A stretch of DNA of 64,000 bases from Balanoglossus misakiensis (GCA_040954595.2 CM082581.2:1294699-1358698); one strand, 5' to 3'; shown: positions 36,487 to 50,054, counted from the stretch's first letter. Numbers and translations are program-made. The notes: generated by a model from the sequence alone, not told the origin.

Positions 36487-39400
36487 ATTGACCCACAAAT
36501 CACTCAAAATTAATAGGCAGGATACTGTCCACTCTGGCCTGGTTACTGTCTGGCCTGCTTAATGTTGACGCAAAGGTTGACCCCACCGAACACTCAAAAT
36601 TAATAGGCAGCATACTGGCCACTCTGGCCTAGTTAATGTTGACGCAAAGGTTGACCCCCACCAAACACTCAAAATTAATGGGCACGATACTGGCCACTCT
36701 GGCCTAGTTAATGTTGACGCAAAGGTTGACCCCACCAAACACTCAAAATCAATGGGCAGCATACTGTCCACTATGGCCTGGTTACTGTGTGCTCTGGTTA
36801 ATGTTGACGCAAAGGTTGACCCCACCAAACACTCAAAATTAATGGGCAGCACACTGTCCACTACGGCCTGGTTACTGTGTGCTCTGGTTAATGTTGATGC
36901 AAAGGTTGACCCCACCAAACACTCAAAATTAATGGGCAGAACACTGTCCACTATGGCCTGGTTACTGTGTGCTCTGGTTAATGTTGATGCAAAGGTTGAC
37001 CCCACCAAACACTCAAAATTAATGGGCAGGATACTGGCCACTCTGGCCTAGTTAATGTTGACGCAAAGGTTGACCCCCACCAAACACTCAAAATTAATGG
37101 GCACGATACTGGCCACTCTGGCCTAGTTAATGTTGACGCAAAGGTTGACCCCACCAAACACTCAAAATTAATGGACAGAACACTGTCCACTACGGCCTGG
37201 TTACTGTGTGCTCTGGTTAATGTTGACGCAAAGGTTGACCCCCACCAAACACTCAAAATTAATGGGCACGATACTGGCCACTCTGGCCTAGTTAATGTTG
37301 ACGCAAAGGTTGACCCCACCAAACACTCAAAATTAATGGGCACGATACTGGCCACTCTGGCCTAGTTAATGTTGACGCAAAGGTTGACCCCCACCAAACA
37401 CTCAAAATTAATGGGCACGATACTGGCCACTCTGGCCTAGTTAATGTTGACGCAAAGGTTGACCCCCACGAAACACTCAAAATTAATGGGCACGATACTG
37501 GCCACTCTGGCCTAGTTAATGTTGACGCAAAGGTTGACCCCACCAAACACTCAAAATTAATGGGCAGCACACTGTCCACTACGGCCTGGTTACTGTGTGC
37601 TCTGGTTAATGTTGACGCAAAGGTTGACCCCACCAAACACTCAAAATTAATGGGCAGAACACTGTCCACTATGGCCTGGTTACTGTGTGCTCTGGTTAAT
37701 GTTGACGCAAAGGTTGACCCCACCAAACACTCAAAATTAATGGGCAGAACACTGTCCACTACGGCCTGGTTATTGTGTGCTCTGGTTAATGTTGATGCAA
37801 AGGTTGACGCCACCAAACACTCAAAATCAATGGGCAGCATACTGTCCACTATGGCCTGGTTACTGTGTGCTCTGGTTAATGTTGACGCAAAGGTTGACCC
37901 CACCAAACACTCAAAATTAATGGGCAGAACACTGTCCACTATGGCCTGGTTACTGTGTGCTCTGGTTAATGTTGACGCAAAGGTTGACCCCACCAAACAC
38001 TCAAAATTAATGGGCAGCACACTGTCCACTACGGCCTGGTTACTGTGTGCTCTGGTTAATGTTGACGCAAAGGTTGACCCCACCAAACACTCAAAATTAA
38101 TGGGCAGAACACTGTCCACTACGGCCTGGTTACTGTGTGCTCTGGTTAATGTTGACGCAAAGGTTGACCCCACCAAACACTCAAAATTAATGGGCAGAAC
38201 ACTGTCCACTATGGCCTGGTTACTGTGTGCTCTGGTTAATGTTGACGCAAAGGTTGACCCCACCAAACACTCAAAATTAATGGGCAGAACACTGTCCACT
38301 ACGGCCTGGTTACTGTGTGCTCTGGTTAATGTTGACGCAAAGGTTGACCCCACCAAACACTCAAAATTAATGGGCAGAACACTGTCCACTACGGCCTGGT
38401 TACTGTGTGCTCTGGTTAATGTTGACGCAAAGGTTGACCCCACCAAACACTCAAAATTAATGGGCAGCACACTGTCCACTATGGCCTGGTTACTGTGTGC
38501 TCTGGTTAATGTTGACGCAAAGGTTGACCCCACCAAACACTCAAAATTAATGGGCAGAACACTGTCCACTACGGCCTGGTTACTGTGTGCTCTGGTTAAT
38601 GTTGACGCAAAGGTTGACCCCACCAAACACTCAAAATTAATGGGCAGAACACTGTCCACTATGGCCTGGTTACTGTGTGCTCTGGTTAATGTTGACGCAA
38701 AGGTTGACCCCACCAAACACTCAAAATTAATGGGCAGAACACTGTCCACTACGGCCTGGTTACTGTGTGCTCTGGTTAATGTTGACGCAAAGGTTGACCC
38801 CACCAAACACTCAAAATTAATGGGCAGAACACTGTCCACTACGGCCTGGTTACTGTGTGCTCTGGTTAATGTTGACGCAAAGGTTGACCCCACCAAACAC
38901 TCAAAATTAATGGGCAGCACACTGTCCACTATGGCCTGGTTACTGTGTGCTCTGGTTAATGTTGACGCAAAGGTTGACCCCACCAAACACTCAAAATTAA
39001 TGGGCAGAACACTGTCCACTACGGCCTGGTTACTGTGTGCTCTGGTTAATGTTGACGCAAAGGTTGACCCCCACCAAACACTCAAAATTAATGGGCACGA
39101 TACTGGCCACTCTGGCCTAGTTAATGTTGACGCAAAGGTTGACCCCACCAAACACTCAAAATTAATGGGCACGATACTGGCCACTCTGGCCTAGTTAATG
39201 TTGACGCAAAGGTTGACCCCACCAAACACTCATAATTAATGGGCACGATACTGGCCACTCTGGCCTAGTTAATGTTGACGCAAAGGTTGACCCCACCAAA
39301 CACTCAAAATTAATGGGCACGATACTGGCCACTCTGGCCTAGTTAATGTTGACGCAAAGGTTGAACCCACCAAACACTCAAAATTAATGGGCAGAACACT

Positions 39401-42400
39401 GTCCACTATGGCCTGATTACTCTGTGCTCTGGTTAATGTTGACGCAAAGGTTGACCCCACCAAACACTCAAAATTAATGGGCAGAACACTGTCCACTATG
39501 GCCTGATTACTCTGTGCTCTGGTTAATGTTGACGCAAAGGTTGACCCCACCAAACACTCAAAATTAATGGGCAGCACACTGTCCACTATGGCCTGGTTAC
39601 TGTGTGCTCTGGTTAATGTTGACGCAAAGGTTGACCCCACCAAACACTCAAAATTAATGGGCAGAACACTGTCCACTACGGCCTGGTTACTGTGTGCTCT
39701 GGTTAATGTTGACGCAAAGGTTGACCCCACCAAACACTCAACATTAATGGGCAGCACACTGTCCACTATGGCCTGGTTACTGTGTGCTCTGGTTAATGTT
39801 GACGCAAAGGTTGACCCCACCAAACACTCAAAATTAATGGGCAGAACACTGTCCACTATGGCCTGGTTACTCTGTGCTCTGGTTAATGTTGACGCAAAGG
39901 TTGACCCCACCAAACACTCAAAATTAATGGGCAGAACACTGTCCACTATGGCCTGGTTACTCTGTGCTCTGGTTAATGTTGACGCAAAGGTTGACCCCAC
40001 CAAACACTCAAAATTAATGGGCAGAACACTGTCCACTACGGCCTGGTTACTGTGTGCTCTGGTTAATGTTGACGCAAAGGTTGACCCCACCAAACACTCA
40101 AAATTAATGGGCAGAACACTGTCCACTACGGCCTGGTTACTGTGTGCTCTGGTTAATGTTGACGCAAAGGTTGACCCCCACCAAACACTCAAAATTAATG
40201 GGCACGATACTGGCCACTCTGGCCTAGTTAATGTTGACGCAAAGGTTGACCCCACCAAACACTCAAAATTAATGGGCACGATACTGGCCACTCTGGCCTA
40301 GTTAATGTTGACGCAAAGGTTGACCCCACCAAACACTCAAAATTAATGGGCACGATACTGGCCACTCTGGCCTAGTTAATGTTGACGCAAAGGTTGACCC
40401 CACCAAACACTCAAAATTAATGGGCACGATACTGGCCACTCTGGCCTAGTTAATGTTGACGCAAAGGTTGAACCCACCAAACACTCAAAATTAATGGGCA
40501 GAACACTGTCCACTATGGCCTGGTTACTCTGTGCTCTGGTTAATGTTGACGCAAAGGTTGACCCCACCAAACACTCAAAATTAATGGGCAGCACACTGTC
40601 CACTATGGCCTGGTTACTGTGTGCTCTGGTTAATGTTGACGCAAAGGTTGACCCCACCAAACACTCAAAATTAATGGGCAGAACACTGTCCACTACGGCC
40701 TGGTTACTGTGTGCTCTGGTTAATGTTGACGCAAAGGTTGACCCCACCAAACACTCAAAATTAATGGGCAGCACACTGTCCACTATGGCCTGGTTACTGT
40801 GTGCTCTGGTTAATGTTGACGCAAAGGTTGACCCCACCAAACACTCAAAATTAATGGGCAGAACACTGTCCACTACGGCCTGGTTACTGTGTGCTCTGGT
40901 TAATGTTGACGCAAAGGTTGACCCCACCAAACACTCAAAATTAATGGGCAGAACACTGTCCACTACGGCCTGGTTACTGTGTGCTCTGGTTAATGTTGAC
41001 GCAAAGGTTGACCCCACCAAACACTCAAAATTAATGGGCAGAACACTGTCCACTATGGCCTGGTTACTGTGTGCTCTGGTTAATGTTGACGCAAAGGTTG
41101 ACCCCACCAAACACTCAAAATTAATGGGCAGCACACTGTCCACTACGGCCTGGTTACTGTGTGCTCTGGTTAATGTTGACGCAAAGGTTGACCCCACCAA
41201 ACACTCAAAATTAATGGGCAGAACACTGTCCACTATGGCCTGGTTACTGTGTGCTCTGGTTAATGTTGACGCAAAGGTTGACCCCACCAAACACTCAAAA
41301 TTAATGGGCAGCACACTGTCCACTATGGCCTGGTTACTGTGTGCTCTGGTTAATGTTGACGCAAAGGTTGACCCCACCAAACACTCAAAATTAATGGGCA
41401 GAACACTGTCCACTACGGCCTGGTTACTGTGTGCTCTGGTTAATGTTGACGCAAAGGTTGACCCCCACCAAACACTCAAAATTAATGGGCACGATACTGG
41501 CCACTCTGGCCTAGTTAATGTTGACGCAAAGGTTGACCCCACCAAACACTCAAAATTAATGGGCACGATACTGGCCACTCTGGCCTAGTTAATGTTGACG
41601 CAAAGGTTGACCCCACCAAACACTCAAAATTAATGGGCACGATACTGGCCACTCTGGCCTAGTTAATGTTGACGCAAAGGTTGACCCCACCAAACACTCA
41701 AAATTAATGGGCACGATACTGGCCACTCTGGCCTAGTTAATGTTGACGCAAAGGTTGACCCCACCAAACACTCAAAATTAATGGGCACGATACTGGCCAC
41801 TCTGGCCTACTTAATGTTGACGCAAAGGTTGACCGCACCAAACACTCAAAATTAATGGGCAGAACACTGTCCACTACGGCCTGGTTACTGTGTGCTCTGG
41901 TTAATGTTGACGCAAAGGTTGACCCCACCAAACACTCAAAATTAATGGGCAGAACACTGTCCACTCGACCTGGTTACTGTGTGCTCTGGTTAATGTTGAC
42001 GCAAAGGTTGACCCCACCAAACACTCAAAATTAATGGGCAGAACACTGTCCACTACGGCCTGGTTACTGTGTGCTCTGGTTAATGTTGACGCAAAGGTTG
42101 ACCCCACCAAACACTCAAAATTAATGGGCAGCACACTGTCCACTATGGCCTGGTTACTGTGTGCTCTGGTTAATGTTGACGCAAAGGTTGACCCCACCAA
42201 ACACTCAAAATTAATGGGCAGAACACTGTCCACTACGGCCTGGTTACTGTGTGCTCTGGTTAATGTTGACGCAAAGGTTGACCCCCATCAAACACTCAAA
42301 ATTAATGGGCACGATACTGGCCACTCTGGCCTGGTTACTGTGTGCTCTGGTTAATGTTGACGCAAAGGTTGACCCCACCAAACACTCAAAATTAATGGGC

Positions 42401-45070
42401 AGAACACTGTCCACTACGGCCTGGTTACTGTGTGCTCTGGTTAATGTTGACGCAAAGGTTGACCCCACCAAACACTCAAAATTAATGGGCAGAACACTGT
42501 CCACTACGGCCTGGTTACTGTGTGCTCTGGTTAATGTTGACGCAAAGGTTGACCCCACCAAACACTCAAAATTAATGGGCAGAACACTGTCCACTATGGC
42601 CTGGTTACTGTGTGCTCTGGTTAATGTTGACGCAAAGGTTGACCCCACCAAACACTCAAAATTAATGGGCAGAACACTGTCCACTACGGCCTGGTTACTG
42701 TGTGCTCTGGTTAATGTTGACGCAAAGGTTGACCCCACCAAACACTCAAAATTAATGGGCACGATACTGGCCACTCTGGCCTACTTAATGTTGACGCAAA
42801 GGTTGACCCCACCAAACACTCAAAATTAATGGGCAGAACACTGTCCACTACGGCCTGGTTACTGTGTGCTCTGGTTAATGTTGACGCAAAGGTTGACCCC
42901 ACCAAACACTCAAAATTAATGGGCAGAACACTGTCCACTCGACCTGGTTACTGTGTGCTCTGGTTAATGTTGACGCAAAGGTTGACCCCACCAAACACTC
43001 AAAATTAATGGGCAGAACACTGTCCACTACGGCCTGGTTACTGTGTGCTCTGGTTAATGTTGACGCAAAGGTTGACCCCACCAAACACTCAAAATTAATG
43101 GGCAGCACACTGTCCACTATGGCCTGGTTACTGTGTGCTCTGGTTAATGTTGACGCAAAGGTTGACCCCACCAAACACTCAAAATTAATGGGCAGAACAC
43201 TGTCCACTACGGCCTGGTTACTGTGTGCTCTGGTTAATGTTGACGCAAAGGTTGACCCCCATCAAACACTCAAAATTAATGGGCACGATACTGGCCACTC
43301 TGGCCTGGTTACTGTGTGCTCTGGTTAATGTTGACGCAAAGGTTGACCCCACCAAACACTCAAAATTAATGGGCAGAACACTGTCCACTACGGCCTGGTT
43401 ACTGTGTGCTCTGGTTAATGTTGACGCAAAGGTTGACCCCACCAAACACTCAAAATTAATGGGCAGAACACTGTCCACTACGGCCTGGTTACTGTGTGCT
43501 CTGGTTAATGTTGACGCAAAGGTTGACCCCACCAAACACTCAAAATTAATGGGCAGAACACTGTCCACTATGGCCTGGTTACTGTGTGCTCTGGTTAATG
43601 TTGACGCAAAGGTTGACCCCACCAAACACTCAAAATTAATGGGCAGCACACTGTCCACTATGGCCTGGTTACTGTGTGCTCTGGTTAATGTTGACGCAAA
43701 GGTTGACCCCACCAAACACTCAAAATTAATGGGCAGAACACTGTCCACTACGGCCTGGTTACTGTGTGCTCTGGTTAATGTTGACGCAAAGGTTGACCCC
43801 ACCAAACACTCAAAATTAATGGGCAGAACACTGTCCACTACGGCCTGGTTACTGTGTGCTCTGGTTAATGTTGACGCAAAGGTTGACCCCACCAAACACT
43901 CAAAATTAATGGGCAGAACACTGTCCACTACGGCCTGGTTACTGTGTGCTCTGGTTAATGTTGACGCAAAGGTTGACCCCACCAAACACTCAAAATTAAT
44001 GGGCAGAACACTGTCCACTACGGCCTGGTTACTGTGTGCTCTGGTTAATGTTGACGCAAAGGTTGACCCCACCAAACACTCAAAATTAATGGGCAGAACA
44101 CTGTCCACTATGGCCTGGTTACTGTGTGCTCTGGTTAATGTTGACGCAAAGGTTGACCCCACCAAACACTCAAAATTAATGGGCAGCACACTGTCCACTA
44201 TGGCCTGGTTACTGTGTGCTCTGGTTAATGTTGACGCAAAGGTTGACCCCACCAAACACTCAAAATTAATGGGCAGAACACTGTCCACTACGGCCTGGTT
44301 ACTGTGTGCTCTGGTTAATGTTGACGCAAAGGTTGACCCCCACCAAACACTCAAAATTAATGGGCACGATACTGGCCACTCTGGCCTAGTTAATGTTGAC
44401 GCAAAGGTTGACCCCACCAAACACTCAAAATTAATGGGCAAGATACTGGCCACTCTGGCCTAGTTAATGTTGACGCAAAGGTTGACCCCACCAAACACTC
44501 AAAATTAATGGGCATGATACTGGCCACTCTGGCCTAGTTAATGTTGACGCAAAGGTTGACCCCACCAAACACTCAAAATTAATGGGCACGATACTGGCCA
44601 CTCTGGCCTAGTTAATGTTGACGCAAAGGTTGACCCCACCAAACACTCAAAATTAATGGGCAGAACACTGTCCACTACGGCCTGGTTACTGTGTGCTCTG
44701 GTTAATGTTGACGCAAAGGTTGACCCCACCAAACACTCAAAATTAATGGGCAGAACACTGTCCACTACGGCCTGGTTACTGTGTGCTCTGGTTAATGTTG
44801 ACGCAAAGGTTGACCCCACCAAACACTCAAAATTAATGGGCAGAACACTGTCCACTACGGCCTGGTTACTGTGTGCTCTGGTTAATGTTGACGCAAAGGT
44901 TGACCCCACCAAACACTCAAAATTAATGGGCAGCACACTGTCCACTATGGCCTGGTTACTGTGTGCTCTGGTTAATGTTGACGCAAAGGTTGACCCCACC
45001 AAACACTCAAAATTAATGGGCAGAACACTGTCCACTACGGCCTGGTTACTGTGTGCTCTTTTTAATGTTA
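36487..45070. repeat. Satellite array (~8.6 kb) of 90-bp and 74/75-bp units with higher-order structure
   Basis: A shared core GTTAATGTTGACGCAAAGGTTGACCCCACCAAACACTCAAAATTAATGGGCA is followed either by GAACACTGTCCACTA(C/T)GGCCTGGTTACTGTGTGCTCTG (90 bp) or by CGATACTGGCCACTCTGGCCTA (74 bp). Confidence 0.98.
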
Positions 45071-45298
45071 ATGGTAGGTCGTGGCTGTCTCATTTCAGGG
45101 ATTTGTGGACTAAATGTCAATCTTTGTACTATTCGTACATGAAACTTTTCTTTCAAATACAACTTACAGACCAACATAGACAGTCATGCTTATATAAGTA
45201 TGACTATCTATTAAAGTAACATTCATATCATGATTGTTGTTTTACACTGTGTTTTCAAAGTAATTGTTGCAGTAAACCAATTGCCTTGCTTGGAAATA

Positions 45299-45413
45299 TT
45301 AAAAGGGAAGTCCTGTCCAGCTGATTTATGCATAATTTCTACACAATGTTTTTTTCTGAAAGAATGACCTCAAAGCTACCCAATTATGTAGCTGAACCGG
45401 ACTTCCCCTTTAA
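45299..45413. mobile_element. Short Kolobok-like MITE
   Basis: TTAA-AAGGGAAGTCC...GGACTTCCCCT-TTAA; a relative lies at about 48915-49033. Confidence 0.7.
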
Positions 45414-45706
45414 ATGCTACCAGTGAGCTTGTTTGTCTTTGTAAATACACTCAAGTATTAATCCCCTTTTTCTCAGAATTCAATGCATCTTCATGCCATG
45501 AGGTGAGAGGACACTTTTGTTAGCAGGAGGGAAACAAATCCAAAATAAATAATAACAGTGCAAAGTTGGTCTGCTGACTTTCTCCACATTTCATTATTGA
45601 ATTACGGCAAAATTATGAAATCCAATTATGAAATTCAGCTTTTTGTCCACTTTTTGTTGCTGCAAATTCATTGCGGTATAAAGGTCAATAATATGACAAA
45701 TCTTGG

Positions 45707-45899
45707 TTAAAAGTATACAGTCACCTTCAATACACATTCCCATATATGGCTGAATGGCGTATTTGAGCATTCTAAAGAACATATGGTGGCGCCTGTTTTC
45801 CACGTGTGCCACCAAATGAAAATCTGTGATTGGCTAGATTTCAATTTTCCATGGTAACTATATATAGCTAATTTTCCATGGGTGATCATATACCTTTAA
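45707..45899. mobile_element. Kolobok-like MITE
   Basis: TTAA-AAGTATACAGTCACC ... GGTGATCATATACCT-TTAA; an inverted relative lies at about 61813-61960. Confidence 0.75.
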
Positions 45900-45924
45900 C
45901 TCTATAGTTTAACATGATACTTAC

Positions 45925-46110
45925 GAACACATGATTGGTTAAAAGTGTAGACATCATACATTGAGAGACCAGTTTCTCCAGGTGGCAGATAGAATCCACC
46001 TGTGCCGTTATTTGCATATAAGAGATAGCCTTCTTCACAGGAACATTGAAAACCACCTGCAGTGTTTTTACAAAGTTGATCACAAGAATGTGAAGCACAT
46101 TCATTTATAT
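45925..46110 (-). CDS. uif: uif-like exon: EGF-Ca 2
   Basis: DINECASHSCDQLCKNTAGGFQCSCEEGYLLYANNGTGGF...; AG acceptor, GTAAGT donor, phase 1-1. Confidence 0.9.
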
Positions 46111-46625
46111 CTACAAAGAAGGAACATGGATTGGATTAAAACAATGTACGTTCAGTAAAATTGAAAGTATTGTCATTTCTTTTAATCGTGAATTTTGGGA
46201 TTATCTTGTGTACGTACAAGATGAATCTGTGATAAAATAAAGGCGTCACCTTGCTTGCTTTTGAAATACAAGGCCATTAATTTAGTTGATAATAGAAGAA
46301 ACCTGCTGACTCAGCATGGTTCACCAATGGTTTGTCTATGGACAAAAACCTTAAAGAAATTTATCTCAAAATAGAGCATTGTAATCACACAATTTTATTT
46401 GACCAATGATTTTATATTTACTAGACTGAGCTATGTGTAAAATTTCGTGAAAATGACAATAGTAGAAGTTTGTTTTCTAGCAATTATCAATGTAATCCTA
46501 TGAGACACCTGAGATTAAAAGGTCATTCCAAAAATTTATCCGGAATTCTGAAATAAGTTCGGAATGTGTTAAATGTGAAAATAGTGACTTGAAGTTATGT
46601 TGCAAGTGACTTGTTTATGTCTCAC

Positions 46626-46754
46626 CTTTGCATGCTGTTCCATTCACATCTGGTTCAAATCCCACCAAACATGCACACTGATAGTCACCATCTCTATTTT
46701 CACAGACTTGATTGATTCCACACCGTGCCACCAATGTACTACATTCATTGATAT
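46626..46754 (-). CDS. uif: uif-like exon: EGF-Ca 1
   Basis: DINECSTLVARCGINQVCENRDGDYQCACLVGFEPDVNGTACK; CAG acceptor, GTGAG donor. Confidence 0.9.
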
Positions 46755-47230
46755 CTGAAATGTTATTCATCAAGATATGATCAAAATCCCACAGGTCCGC
46801 TGGTAAATTCAGACCAACAAGTTTAGCTGGGAACCACCAGACCAACAGGAAATTTTCACAAACAAATTTTCGCGAACTATGCAAGAGCCAAAAAAAAAGA
46901 CATTTTTGCGTAAAAAACTATTTTCAGTGATAACAATGTAGTGAAATACGAGAACATGAAAATTAATCGTCTCATAACAGTTTCTGCTTTTGATATCGCA
47001 AAAAATTTCTTTGTCGCGAAAATTTCCTGTTTTACAGTAATCAATGAAAAATAAAATTACGAAAATCATGAAATTTCTGACAGCCATAGATTTGCATGGC
47101 ATGAACTGTATGTCCTATCAGCATGTAGTTTAGGTGACATTTATGATAAATAGTCAAATTACTGGAGTGATCGATTACGGTACCTCATAAGCAGACAACC
47201 ACATGAAGACCAATCTTGATGTGAACTTAC

Positions 47231-47413
47231 CAATGCATGATGGTATTGCACTATTCCACTGTAAATCGGATTGACAAGTCAGGTAATCAGCACCATTTAA
47301 TTCATAGCCAGCATTACAATAGAATGTGATGTTACTGCCCATATAATATGGTCCACTATCAGGGACAGCTTGTAGATGTGGGTCTGTTATGAGTATATCA
47401 CTGCAGTTCAATC
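47231..47413 (-). CDS. uif: uif-like exon: CCP/Sushi 4
   Basis: LNCSDILITDPHL...ITFYCNAGYELNGADYLTCQSDLQWNSAIPSCI; CAG acceptor, GTAAGT donor. Confidence 0.9.
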
Positions 47414-47723
47414 CTGCAAGTAAAAAAAATAAAACACTATGTGGATGCAGACTTGATTGTGGTATATATATTGGGTATCTGTATTCTGTCACAACTTTAA
47501 CATTTTCACCCCAAGTTCCCACTATAAAAGTCCAGATACCATTGACTCCTTTTTTTCAATTATCGACTAAATTCATGACTCTGTATTTCAAAAACAAGCG
47601 TGGTGACCCCTATATTTTATCACAAATTTTCATTATACATACATAGGATAATCCAAAAATTAACAATTAAAAGAAATGACCATATTTTCAATTTTACTGA
47701 ATGTACATCGTTAAATGACTTAC

Positions 47724-47906
47724 GTTGACAGTATCCTGGATCTCCAATCCATGATCCATCTTCACCACATGTAGAGACAGTGTAGCCAGTCAGACTGTAG
47801 CCAGATGGACATGAGTAGGCAACGGTTGTTCCAAAAATCAATGAATCACCATTAACAATTTCATATGATAAGTAGTTGTCTACATTCGGTGGTGGACACT
47901 CGCGAG
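47724..47906 (-). CDS. uif: uif-like exon: CCP/Sushi 3
   Basis: RECPPPNV...FGTTVAYSCPSGYSLTG...CGEDGSWIGDPGYCQ; CAG acceptor, GTAAGT donor. Confidence 0.9.
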
Positions 47907-48200
47907 CTGTTTGGATAAGATGAACAGATAACATTACAAGTGTGTTAATACTAGGAAAATGGTTTAAAGGGACATGCAGTAACCCTCACAATCCTGCATA
48001 TTTTCAAGTTACCAGTGTCTGGTTTAACATTCAGTGTGTAATGTCCCAATTAGACACCCATGTGGAATGTAGCAACCAGCACAAAGTGCCCCATCATAAC
48101 GCTATGGAGAGAATTTCAACTTGAGTCAGTGATTTTTATGAAAACATGACAGTGAACACCCTGTGTTATACTTTGTTTTCAAAACGACTCATCACACACT

Positions 48201-48508
48201 TTAAAGCCTCTAGAGCTGCCAAATTTCACAATTTTTTTCTTTTCCACAGTAAAACCTTTCAAATCTATGGTGATGCATACCACGATAGCTAGCTGCATAC
48301 TGTTTGTATGGAGGCTGATTTTAATAAAATGGGTACGGCACCTGTTTAATACATTGCACGTTTAAATTGCAACATACAGCCACAATCAGGCATTGATGAC
48401 ATGTTCTTGTATCCCTATCAGTAAGCTTAATTATTTCAATGTACCAATCTACGTCGGAAAATAAAATCTGAAAATAAATGCAAAAAGTGGCAGCTCTAGT
48501 GGCTTTAA
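48201..48508. mobile_element. Kolobok-like MITE
   Basis: TTAA-AGCCTCTAGAGCTGCCA ... TGGCAGCTCTAGTGGCT-TTAA. Confidence 0.85.
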
Positions 48509-48608
48509 AGCACTGAAAGGTTCAGAGGACTAACATTTTTTCTGAAAATCCGTCTCCTAAGTGTGCACTACAATGGCAGTTTAATTGTTTTCAAAAATAT
48601 CAACTTAC

Positions 48609-48788
48609 ACTCGCATTGGGGCACAAGTGGACCCCAGACACCATCTGCTTGGCATTCCAATGAAGACACATTATTTATAAACTGATAGCCCTCAATGCAT
48701 TGATAATAAGCAATGCCACCATACACTGTACTGGTAACATTGGTAAGAATTCCATTGCTGCACTCAGGGGGTCCACCACATGTTATTC
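48609..48788 (-). CDS. uif: uif-like exon: CCP/Sushi 2
   Basis: ITCGGPPECSNGILTNVTSTVYGGIAYYQCIEGYQF...CQADGVWGPLVPQCE; TAG acceptor, GTAAGT donor. Confidence 0.9.
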
Positions 48789-49033
48789 CTAAAAAATAAA
48801 CAACAAATTAGTGTCATTCAAGTTGTTGCTAACAATAGATTCAAGAGACAAATTAAGTCTCTCTCATCACTGCACTTTTTTCATTAATTATCTTGGATAC
48901 AAGACACCAGGCTAGGCATATTTGCATAGCTGGTACGACTTATACACGGCGAAAATGTTTTTTTTTTCCTGAAAGAGTGACCTCAAAGCTACAAAATTAT
49001 GTAGATATCAGCTAGACCGGACATCCCCTTTAA

Positions 49034-49134
49034 CTACTGGATAACCGTCCGAGCATTGGAATGAGACAGAGACATCATACCTTCTATCTCTGTACTGGTC
49101 ACCACGCCCTCACTAATCACAATTTCGGGACAGT
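49034..49134 (-). pseudogene. uif: uif-like exon: CCP/Sushi 1, frameshifted and truncated
   Basis: DCPEIVISEGVVTSTEI, then a frame change to RYDVSVSFQCSDGYPVV, ending at a TTAA where a MITE begins. Confidence 0.8.
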
Positions 49135-49205
49135 CTGTCAGAACAAGGATCACAATGATAAGAATGCATGCAGACAAATACTTAAACTCATAAATGTCAG
49201 TTGTT

Positions 49206-49437
49206 TTAAAGTGAAGGGGTCGTCGCAATGCGTTTGTTTATAAACATTACAATTCATCCACAAATCCCTCAAATAAAATAATTCTTAGAATGAACGAAGC
49301 AGCTGACAGTATCCTAGACTGTCCATGACAGCAACTGAAGATCCTAGTAGGTCGTGGCTGTCTAATTTCAGGGATTTGTGGATGAATTGCAATGTTTATA
49401 AACAAACAAACGCAGTGCGACGACCCCATCACTTTAT
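49206..49437. mobile_element. Foldback MITE (Kolobok-like)
   Basis: AGTGAAGGGGTCGTCGCAATGCGTTTGTTTATAAACATT... is inverted at the right end; TTAA/TTAT flanks. Confidence 0.8.
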
Positions 49438-49652
49438 TGAGTGTGATACAAGAGTGTTGCCATTCCTGTCAATGGTCCAAAATTGCATTGCAATTGTAAG
49501 AAATTACTGTCTCTGTTTTTCCAGCTCTTTGAAGTTTCGTAAAAAATCAAAAACATTTGCACCTTTCAATTAATGACTCTAAATCACAAGGAATAAAGGG
49601 AGAGTGTGTTTCTAAGAATTCTGTAACAACTTTTTCTGAAATGTTAGTAAGT

Positions 49653-49863
49653 TACTGTAAAACACTTTATTTTCGCGAGCAAGAGATTTTCGCGAAATAC
49701 GCGAGAGCCAAAATAGCGTGAAAATAAAAAGTTGCGTAATTTTTTTGAAGATAAAGATGCAATGAATGAAATAAGAGAACGCGAAAATTAACACTGGCGA
49801 AACAGTGGCCTCTCTCGATGTCGCGAAAAATTTCAACTCGTGAAAATAAAGTGTTTTACAGTA
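49653..49863. mobile_element. TA-target MITE
   Basis: TA-CTGTAAAACACTTTATTTTC...GAAAATAAAGTGTTTTACAG-TA; relatives at about 46850-47040, 50092-50290, 50333-50542 and 56653-56847. Confidence 0.85.
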
Positions 49864-49870
49864 TGTGTAC

Positions 49871-50054
49871 CTGGTGAAAATGAAGCCCTGAATCCTTTAG
49901 CTGGTCGTGTTCTACTACTCCTGAACACAACCGAAAAGTGTCCAATGTCTGTACGGCAATCGGGTGGTGGCACAGTGCCATCAATGACTCCATCAGAATT
50001 GCCACTCCATGGACCAATAATGACATCATCATCACTCTCAGTACCATTGTATAC
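49871..50054 (-). CDS. uif: uif-like exon: CUB3 second half
   Basis: VYNGTESDDDVIIGPWSG...FSVVFRSSRTRPAKGFRASFSP; phase 0-1. Confidence 0.88.

Noticed and set aside
37292-39194. 630-aa and 544-aa ORFs as real genes
   Set aside because: They are pure 30-aa repeats from a 90-bp unit, broken by 74-bp units, with no unique termini or splice structure.
36487-45070. CRISPR-like array (constant core plus variable segment)
   Set aside because: The variable segments are only two recurring types, not unique spacers; there are no cas genes and the context is eukaryotic.
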